From: Vermamoeba vermiformis
Lineage: Eukaryota
DNA: 64,000 nt
NCBI GenBank assembly: GCA_045837725.1
Contig: JBEWZL010000253.1
Location: 1 to 64,000 of the forward strand
Reading direction: 5' to 3'
Under the pieces are notes generated by a model. The model did not search any database, was not told where the DNA came from, and worked only from the letters and a program-made list of their open reading frames with translations. The position numbers and the translations under genes are program-made. Below are positions 51,707 to 61,760 of the stretch, piece by piece. Every line of letters begins with the position of its first letter. The stretch's first letter is position 1.

Positions 51707-53742
51707 TTATTTAAACTCGCTAAAATTTGTGTCGAGGTACAGATCCAGCTGTTTGACGCTCTCGTGCATATTCTTGCGAGCAAATCCGACTCTAAATCCT
51801 TTGTCGAGCGCATGTCCATCGTATTCGTAGCACTCTGAAGGCAGCAACAGCACTTGACACTCTTTGACAACTTTTTCACAGAATTCGGTGCTGCTCATGG
51901 ACGGGTGTTTCAATCGCACGAAAGAGATGGCGCCTGCTTTAGGGACCTTCCAATCGAATAGTTTGTGCCACCTGTAATACAAACAAAGGATTAGAAACCG
52001 TAATTAAAAAAAAGTAGTGGGATCTATTTTTCACGCTAACTTCAGATCCACGAAGAAAGTTTTTGCTAATTATGCAAATGGCTTATCATAGTGTTGATCG
52101 GTGGAAAAGAATTGAACTGCGAAATTTCGAAAAAATTTGGTTTCGAAATAGATTCCCGTTACAAAAAAGCATTGCACTTACTTGGCAAAAAATTGGTTCA
52201 AAATAATAAGGTTTTCGCTGATGATTTGTTTGTTGCGTGCCACGAGTGCATGGTACTGTTTCAACGCAATTATCGACAGTAACTCGCTGGGTCCGCTGTT
52301 GCAAATTGAAGTGTAGTCTTTGTACGCCGCCATGTTCTCGTACACGGTTTGATTTTTTGTCACAATCCAGCCTTGAAATTAATCGAGGTCAGTCGTTAAT
52401 ACATTTCTTGACATTATCTTTATGACACGTGTCAAACAGCGAAGTGCACTAATGCGAGTAATTTAATATTACTGGCAAAAATTATAAACGTAAATATACC
52501 AAAGATTTAACGTTAAAAGTAATTTTTTCACGCCAAGATTTTTTTTTCTTGGGCCATATTTTTGCGTTATCCCATAAGTAAGAATTATAGTAAAGTTATA
52601 TTATACTGATTATATTACCTATTCTAAGTCCCGCAAGACCAAAAGCTTTGCTCATTACGCCCAATGAAATCGCATTCGAATAGTGACTCGCGGCAGTAGG
52701 CAATGTATCCGCTGCATCGTACTCTAAATACCTGCAATGATTAATGGTAAGCATATTTACCATATTAGGAAATATGAAATCGTTACCTGTAAACTTCGTC
52801 GCAAAACACGAGTAAATTATTTTTGGAGGCAAATTCAAGAACTTTTTGCCACGTATTCTTGTTCATTAAATAGCCTAGAGGTGTATTAATATGATGCTTA
52901 TGATAATATTATGTGAGTCATTTACCAGTTGGATTATGAGGTGTGTTGAAAATTATCGCTTTGGTATTCGATTTCAAATTTTGTTCGAGAAATTGCGTGT
53001 CTAACTCCCAGTCACGATCAAATGTTGATTTCCATAACGAAATTTCGCAGCCAACGGATTTAGCGACTTGATAGAGCGATTGATAGCACGGGTAATGAAT
53101 TATGACGTGATCTCCTATTTTATAAATTTGATAGCGATTAGGACCGGTTTTTCTCTGGTATATTTCAGCACATTAATATTTTAATATTATTGGACTTTAA
53201 TATTTAGAAAAAGAAGGTTGGGAAAGGAAGATCTGGATGTCGCGTAAACAGTTAGGCTTACCTTGCTTAAAATTAGCTCTGAAAAATATATAAATTAATT
53301 CTTCGGCACCACTTCCAACGAGTACATTATCCGCTGTAATATTTTCAGGTCCGCCTTGATAATGTTGAGCAATTAATTTTTTGAGTTCTGGATCTCCGCT
53401 TGACTCCGTGTAACCGAGTCGTTGTGCTAATATTTTGTTAATATTAGCTTCTTTTGTACTAGTGTCGAGTGATAATAGTTCTTCGACTGATAGAGTCTCG
53501 CAGTCAGATGAGCTCAGAAGATACTTGGTATTAAATTCCTGCCAAATAATATGATTAAAGATATTTTAAATATAAAAATATTAATATCAAATAGTGTATA
53601 TTTTAACAGTGAAGAGGGCTGGGAATATTTGAACGAAGCCAGATTGGTTTTTAATCAATTTAAATTCTTGTCCTGTGGCTGCAATACTCACATATTTAGC
53701 AAAGAATCGTTCTAATTTAAACTCAGGTAGTGTTTCAGTCAT
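51707..53742 (-). CDS. PLP-dependent class I/II aminotransferase (aspartate aminotransferase superfamily, capreomycidine-synthase-like branch)
   Basis: FKLERFFAKYEF..KYLLSSSDCE, LGYTESSG, GAEELI, PCYQSLY, NTPHNPTG, CDEVYR, SLGVMSKAFGLAGLRIGW (PLP lysine), FRVGFAR. Confidence 0.88.
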
Positions 53743-54163
53743 TATGAGCGTTCTATGGTCAAGAATCAAACGAAATTATTCAAGCAATTTTTATTCGCAA
53801 GAACTCAACCACGGGGTCGAATGAAATCTCACGTCGTTAAGCGAACTATGCATGCATGAACAGTTTGCTAATAGACAGTTAGTATTTTATAAGGTTTGGA
53901 TGAGCCTCGAAGATCACAACGGTTGATCTTTCAGCTGTGGGATCAGGACGGGACAGAAAAATCCAAATGAGGACTAGACTTGGCTTTTTTTCGGCATTCA
54001 AAAAAAATTCATTATTGAACAGCTTTAGACAGACTTGTAAGCGTTGTCCTCTAGCCACAATTGTTTACAACTGCTGTCGAGCCAATTTAGAAAGATCCTT
54101 CTGAATAAGGGCCCAAAGGTGAAATCTGTTGGTAAATACAATATGTTATAGAGTTGGCATATT

Positions 54164-56682
54164 ATGGAAGCTCCTCAAAGGTCCTCATGGTTGGCGGATC
54201 TACCAAATGAGGTTCGTTACTTTTCAATCTGAATTGGCTGCGCTTAGTTTATTTTTCAATTATTGTTAAAAAGCCAAATTAATTATTACGAGCAATTTTA
54301 TATCATTAATTTGCCTTAATTCAATTTTCTAATTTATTTCTCCATTTTTATAACTGACACTTGCTTAGATCTTGCTCGAAATCCTTGATAAACTCGATCG
54401 GTTTCAATTAAATAGATTAATACGCGTTAATAAACAACTTCGACCCCTGGTACAATACGTTCTCGAGCACCGAAAGAAGATCCGAGTTTGTGGTGACCAC
54501 TCACGCGTTATCGTCTTATCTAGTACCCTCTCAATATGGTAAAAATATAATTTATTACAATTTAATACTTGAATATGATATTGATGCATGTATTACTAGA
54601 TCGGGTGACAATTTCACCAAAAACAGATGAAGATCCGAAACAAGTTCCTCGTACGTTTTAATGCGGCTAATCATTAATTTTCTTGCTAAATAAGGTTAAT
54701 AGGCGCAGCATTATTGACGCATACTTTCTTCAATGAATCGCCAATAATCAAAACCGAAAATTTTGTTTCTCCAGTCAAAGAGCGAGAACGAGCTGTGTGT
54801 CAGGCAGTCATTAATGGCGGGAAAGAAACACAAATTACGTTGATCGAACCACCAATGGCACACAATTTGCGACGGAAATTATACACGTTGGCAACGATGG
54901 TAAGATTCAGGCTCATTTTTTGAGACGATTACGCGTCTTTCCAAATTTGGAAATACCATCTCATTGGTCCATTTTAGGCGGATTTGTGTTTGTTGATCGT
55001 GGATCCGGAAGAAATTGACGCGTACACAGAAGACATCAAAGAAATGATCTTTGGCTGTTGTTTCATGATGAGTGCTCGTAATATCATCGTTGCTATTGAT
55101 TTGTCGAACTATCCTTTGGATGGACCACACGCTCTGTACAACAGTAAGTGATGATTAAAACAGATCCGTGAAAAATATCTTGACACGTGTCAAATGTCAA
55201 ATATTTTTCAGTGTCATAATATCGTCTCAGAATTAACACCGTAATATATAGCTTTCACCGGAGCAAAAATCAAAATCGCGAAATTGCTCGACCAAACAGA
55301 ACACATTGCCCAATCGCTGTTTGAACGAACAGTTGGCACGTGCTACACAATTATTCCGATAAATATCCGAACTGGCACCAACATCACTGCAAACATCACG
55401 CCAAAGTACGAGTGGTTCAGCGGTGCTTCACTGAAAAAGCTCATTCTTGACGATCAGTTGCGAACAAACTTTGACGAATCAGCGTACAAAAAACTTTGTG
55501 AGGCACCTTTGCGCCTTCAGCTCTCAAATGTCTATAAGATTAGTGGCAGAGGCACCGTTCTTGAAGGTCGCGTCATCAGTACGTAATTGCAAAAACTTTT
55601 CTGGTTCGCACCAAAATTAATTAGCTTTAGGTGGCACCCTGCCACGACATTACGAGGGCATTGCTATTCATCCAGATAAAATGTATACTGAAACTAGGGG
55701 CATCGAAGTCTTTAGGAAGTAATTACAGACAGCTAAGCCAGGTAAAACCATGCCTCATTTTTCCAAATGCGGATCTAATTTTTTATTTTCCTTTTTAAGG
55801 CAATGTTATCGGAGTTGTTGTAACAGCCGTGTCCAAACGAGATGTATATCCCCAATTTGGTTACGTTGTGTCCAGAAAACAAACCCTGATCAATTGCACG
55901 ATTGCTTTTCGGGCTCAAATTGCGATAATGAAACCTGATCGATTTGCACAACATCAAATCTATACAGTATTCTATGGCTCATCACGTATACCTTGTTTGT
56001 TGTGGTGGATTTTTCCCGGTGAAGACGGAAAATCTCACGATAAATCTGAACGGCAGTTCAAAATCAAAAAAGACCTTGCTGACAAACCACGCGGAAATTC
56101 TGGTTCAACGAAAGAACTACATAAAGCATGGCGTACTTATACCAGCTATGTTCATGAAGTTACCGCAGAAAATAAGAAAATCATGATGGAGGAAGGCAAA
56201 GACTTTAAACGACCGCCGAAAAAATTGCTCAAAAAAGCGACAGCAATTCTATTGCCGTTGATTCATTATGACATTGAACCACACAAACCAAGTGCATTTG
56301 AAAAGAACTATAGCGGCAAACTGATGATTATGGAAAAGAGAAAAATTATCGGTGTTGGACGCGTGGATCGCGTGATTTGTAACTCCAGCTGAAACATTCA
56401 CCATTCCTGAATAACGAAGGTAATTTATCATCAGCCCGACACTTACTATTATATTGAGAAGTACTAACAAAATCTAAATACATAGAATATAAGAAACAGT
56501 ACGCGGAAGTGGTCGACAGAGCGGGGTCACTTTTCACACTGCCACAAGAACAAAAACTTCTTGAGCTGTTTTTAGATCACGTGACCAACAACGAGCGTGC
56601 TAAGAAGTGCATTCAAAAGTACAAATTGCGGTCTGCTTGGATGGAGGCTTATCTTGAGAAGCTCGTTTTCATTAGTTCGTGA
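54164..56682 (+). pseudogene. F-box-eEF1A-like fusion, copy 2, apparently inactivated
   Basis: Same exon structure as copies 1 and 3, but with an in-frame TAA at 55720-55722 (EVFRK*LQTAKPG) and a +1 frameshift giving TGA at 56390-56392 before the last homologous exon. Confidence 0.7.
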
Positions 56683-56903
56683 CCGCTTGACAAAGCAATA
56701 TCAGCCAGGTTCGAACCGGACCCGGTAATTTGATGACTTGCTGTTGGATTGGTGCTTTAAGTCAAAATAAATTGTTTTTTTCTTGTAGACCCGCGAGAAG
56801 TTCGGCAAGGAAAAATACTCCGTGCAATAAAGATTTACACTACTAAACCGAAGAAGATAACCACAAATGTGCATTTTAATTAGTTAATGCACGCATAATT
56901 GAC

Positions 56904-59468
56904 ATGGAAGAAGAGAATCGACAGCAGTTGTGGTTGACAGATCTGCCGAGCGAGGTAAATTTCCGTTTAATGTTAGAATAATTTTAAAAATTCCAGTTTA
57001 CGTCGTACAAAAACGAATTAAAGATATTATTTCATAAACGATTTAGCGTTTAATTTTTGGGACTGATGGCGAACTTTTTCAGATCTTGACATCAATCCTC
57101 GATAATCTGAATAGATTACAACTAAGTCAACTACTATTCATTGGTAAAGAGTTTTATTCCTTGGCCCAATATCTTCTTGAAAATAGAAAGAAGATCCGAC
57201 TTTGCGGCGATCATTCGCGAGTATTAGTATTGGCACTTCCCTATGCCTTAAGTAATTAAATATTATTAATAATCATAAATTATTATTTAAATACTAACTG
57301 CATACTTCAGACACTCTGGCGCTCAATTCGCAAAAATCAACGAACGTGGAGTGCAGCTCTCGTACGTTCACAATAAAATTAATAATGACGTTACTAAATT
57401 TGGCAATATATTATTTAGGCACGGGACTGCTCGTTTCTACTTTTTTCAGTGAACAGCCTACACTAGAAATTGAACCCAAATACGGAAATTTCATCAAAGC
57501 ACGCGAACGCGTCACAAGTCGGACCGTAGAAAATGGCGCCAAACAAACCAGAATTACATTGATTGAACCACCAATGGCCAGCCAGTATCGATTGCACTTG
57601 TACACTTTGGCCACGACTGTAAGATCCGGATCCAAATTTTACATCCGAATAACAATTGTTTTGCATTCGAGTTTTACGTCTTCAAGGTCGAATTTACTCT
57701 TTAAAGTGTTTTAACGACATATAATATTAGGCGGATATATGCGTCTGCTGGTTGTGGATCCGGAAGAAATTGATGCGTACGCAGAAGACATCAAAGAAAT
57801 GATCTTTGGCTGTTGTTTCATGATGAGTGCTCGTAATATCATCGTGGCTATTGATTTGTCAGATATGATACGCCACTGTTTAAGAGACATGGTAAGCGGA
57901 CTTTTTCACCGATGAGTTCATTATGACATATGACATTGTAAAATTGGTATAATATTTATAATGACAGCTACGAGTATTCCAAGACTATTCGCAATCTTTG
58001 GATGCAGTGTCAGCGTCACTCGTAATCTTTCACGTTAAATATAAAAATCGACTGTTGTAGCTAACTCTGACATCGCTTATTTCCGTAGAGTTTCAATCAG
58101 GCCAAAGCTCAAAATATCAGATCTGTTGGACTTAACAGAACATTGCCCATCGCTGTTTGACCGAACAGTCGGCACGTGCTACACAATTATTCCGATAAAT
58201 GCCCGAACTGGCACCAACATCACTGCAAACATCACACCAAAGTACGAGTGGTTCACCGGTGCTTCACTGAAAAAGCTCATTCTTGACGATCAGTTGCGAA
58301 CAAATTTTGACGAATCAGCGTACAAAAAACTTTGCGAAGCTCCGTTAAAGCTTCAATTAACAAATATACACAAAATTCTCGGAATCGGTACTGTTATTGA
58401 AGGCCGAGTAATAAGTATGTACCAACAAATATCAAGTCAATTTGAACCTAATAATTTTAACAGGTGGCACTATACAGCGTGGAGATACAGTCGTTTTGCA
58501 TCCTTTGCAACAAACTAAAGTTTGGAGCGTCGAAACATATGGCCATCGAATAGAGATTGCAAAGCCAGGTAAACAAAAGTCCTTCCGTTGGCATTCTGTT
58601 AATATTAAGAAATCTTTGTTTAAGGCGATGTTGTTGGCGCAAATGTAAACAACGTTACAAAGAGGAATCACCCTGCAAAATTCACCTACGTAGCGAAGTA
58701 CCCCACGGTCATTTGCACAATTGCTTTTCGAGCTCAAATTGCGGTGATGAAGCCTGATCGATTTGCACAACGCCAAGTGTATAAAGTATTCTATGGCTCA
58801 GCGCGTATACCTTGTATGGTGTGGTGGATTTTTCCCACCGATGAAGTTCCAAAAAAGGCAAGAAAATTCAAACTGGAACGAACGAATTGGCCTGTCGAAC
58901 CAACGAACGAAAATAATCAGATCAACCGTGACGAGTATGAAAGGCTATTAAAACAATACCAACAAGAGTTAGAACAAGCAAGACAGCAATTTGCGAAGTT
59001 TCAAAAGGAGAGCGGATCTGGCTTTACACGACCTCCGAGAGATCAGCACAAAAAAGTGACAGCAATATTGTTGCCACTGATTCATTATGATATTGTACCA
59101 TACAAACCAAGTGAATTTGAAAAGAACTATGACGGCAAACTGATGATTATGGAAAAGAGAAAAATTCTCGGTGTTGGACGCGTGGATGGCGTGATATGTA
59201 ACCCCGAACGCACTTTTCATATTCAAGATCGTAAAGGTAATATATCATAAGCTTGGCGTCTACTATTTATTCCAAAAATTTTAACAAAATTGAATAATTA
59301 GACATCGAGTATCAGATTCGAGAAGTGATCAACAGAGCAGGGTCACTTTTCAAACTGCCACAAGAACAAAAACTTCTCGACCGGTTTTTAGCGCAAAAGC
59401 CAACTAAAGTACCGATTCATAAAGAAAAAGGCGAACTACGAATGCAACGAGAGTACTGGAAGTGGTAA
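56904..59468 (+). CDS. F-box fused to degenerate eEF1A-like body, copy 3
   Basis: LTDLPSE|ILTSILDNLNRLQL (F-box); [95 protein letters not shown]; ends EYWKW*. Confidence 0.75.
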
Positions 59469-59755
59469 AAAGGCTCGTAGACAAGCAGCCAGAGAGTAAA
59501 AATATTTCGGCTACGCTCGCGGTTGTCTCGCTGGGAAAAGCAGTAAATTTTGGAGGTTTGTCGGAAAATTACTATAACGACGTAGTAAATATCGTCCTCA
59601 GCATCGGTTGAAAAGTGCGATCAAAATTGACATGTTGATTCGGTGTAAAGATAATTTCGGTCTCGGGCTCTGTTTAGCCACAATTTATTTTTGAAACAAA
59701 CAAACGGATGTGATCTTTTAAGTACTGATCCAACTCAACGTCAATTTTTTCATTT

Positions 59756-61618
59756 TTAGTCCACGTCCACATGCAATTCATCCGCGTCCAGGACCGAGTA
59801 ATATTCGACGGGAATGTTTTTCAATGGAATTTGACACGTGTCAAACTGAGGCTTGCCAGCAACTCTCAACAATTGAAGTTGCGTCAATTTTGCCATTTCC
59901 GGCACGGCGGCTACAGCAGCGTTATTTAGAGTGAGCACTCTTAACGAGGTGATCGATGAGATTGCATTGAGAGTTTCTCCGCCTGAAAAAAACATGATTA
60001 AATATTTATTACCAAATTTGGCAATTTTTTTTGAACAGAATTTGGCCAGAACATAATTATTGAGGATTTTAAATTGTTACTAGGACTTGATAGAATTCTT
60101 CTAATTATTTTGTAAAGAAAAAGGATTGGGGCAAAATATTTTGGTACTTACTTTGTTCAGGTTTATCTTCTTTTTCTAATGGCGCAATCTCGAGCTCTTT
60201 CAGATTTTGTAATTTGCTTAAATTGTCCAATAAAAACGGCCTCGTCTTTTCTTGTTGACGCAAGTGTGGCTCTGAACTGCAGTTTCGTCAAGTTGGTCAT
60301 GGTGCATAATGCCGTCAACACTGAATTGTTATCTTCGTATAGCGAGGTGTCGGTCAACGAAAAGTCAACGAGCTTCGGCAGATTTACGGCGGTCCCGATC
60401 CATTTCACTGCTTGGAACGAAAGTCGCAATTTTTCGAGATTAGTGAGTGCAGATAGGTTAGCGCGGTCAATAATAGCTAGTTGCTTGAGATGAGTCATAT
60501 TATTGACGCCACTAAAGTCCGTATCATAATATTCAAAATAATCGTTTTCATCCAGGAAAAATAATTTCGTCAGATGCGTCATGTGCGAGGCTGCTTTGAT
60601 CGTTGTTTCGTTGAGCTCTTGTGTGTTCTGCCAATGAAGCGATTTCAAATTAGGCAAGTCAAATAGCGGCTTGTCGGGGGAAATGTTTGAATATCCGAAC
60701 TTGGTGTAGATGAGCTCAAGTTCGGTTAGATTCGTTAAGACTTTGAACGGGCTGGTATCTTCAAAGAATAAGAACTGAGTGAGTAGCTTCTTGAGGTTAT
60801 TTAGATGCGATTCTGGGAATTCAAAGCAGGATCCAGGAGGCGGGTAGAAATATCCTTCTCCGCCGCGAGATAATTCGAGATATTGAAGGTTTGTGACGCA
60901 CTCCCATCCCTTGGCTGTATTCAAAACACTGTTATAATCTATTTTCTAATGGATTTTCTCGCAGATCTCACCTTGTTCGAAATTGGACTTTTTGATCGAA
61001 AAGGATCGCAAGTGTGGATGATTAGGAAACATGGCGCTGAAGTCTATCCTGGGATCTTCATCATATCTCTTGTAATATAAACACACGTGCTCCAATCTCG
61101 TCATTCCGCGGATTAAATTTTCAGGATTTGGGATCAATCTGCAATCTAGATCCAGCGAGGTTAACTGTTTGCCACTTAATGCTGCTATTATATCATCGCT
61201 TAGATCTTCTTCCGATTTCAACTGCCAATGGCCTCGAAGCTTGAAGCTCGTAGCTCCTAAAAAGTTACGCTTTTGAAGTAATGGTCGGATTTCGTTTGGA
61301 TCAGTGAATCGACGGAATTCTACTCGTGTGATGGTGTTCCATATCGAAGACAATTCTTTGCACACTTGAGCCAACCTGTTATCGCAGTTAATAGGAGGGT
61401 AAATTGGACAAAAAATAGAATTCTATTTTGAATAATAGGTAATAAAGCGATTGCACAATTTTTTCGTTAATATTAGTAATAGGTAAGTTAATAATTTAAA
61501 TAATAATAATTAATAGCAAATTAATAGCTGCCTTTTACTTTTGTATTTCGTGCCCAGGCAGCCAACTCCAGATCTCGTTCAAGCACTCCTTCGGAATGGC
61601 AGAGAATAATATGTTCAT
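59756..61618 (-). CDS. F-box/LRR protein with an apparent +1 frameshift (pseudogene or assembly error)
   Basis: MNILFSAIPKECLNEIWSWL...LAQVCKEL (F-box) and LTNL repeats. Removing one base from the A5 run at 60232-60236 restores LDNLSKLQNLKELEI and the phase of the last intron. Confidence 0.65.
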
Positions 61619-61760
61619 AATATTAGGAACGGAGCTAAGTGTTTTTCTTGTTTGGCAAAATAAAAAATGAAAATGTGACCGTTGAATTTTGCATAAATAA
61701 CCAATCTTGGCCACAACAATTTATTTAATACTGTCCCGTATCATTAAGTAATATCCACGC

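Larger units (their letters stand above)
3912..59845. repeat. Dispersed palindrome TGACACGTGTCA (at least 8 copies, up to 18 bp perfect)
   Basis: Copies at 3912, 7354, 17236, 26504, 42133, 52423, 55180 and 59830; partial variants at ~670, 1851, 7341, 7378 and 45438. Confidence 0.8.

Noticed and set aside
55720-55722. In-frame TAA as evidence for a ciliate-type (TAA=Gln) genetic code
   Set aside because: TAA and TAG terminate many clear genes here (CaaX proteins, both TyrRS copies, BRF1), and long exons contain no internal TAA/TAG.
56700-56730. GGTTCGAACC, a tRNA T-loop/B-box-like sequence
   Set aside because: I could not build a cloverleaf, acceptor stem or A-box around it.
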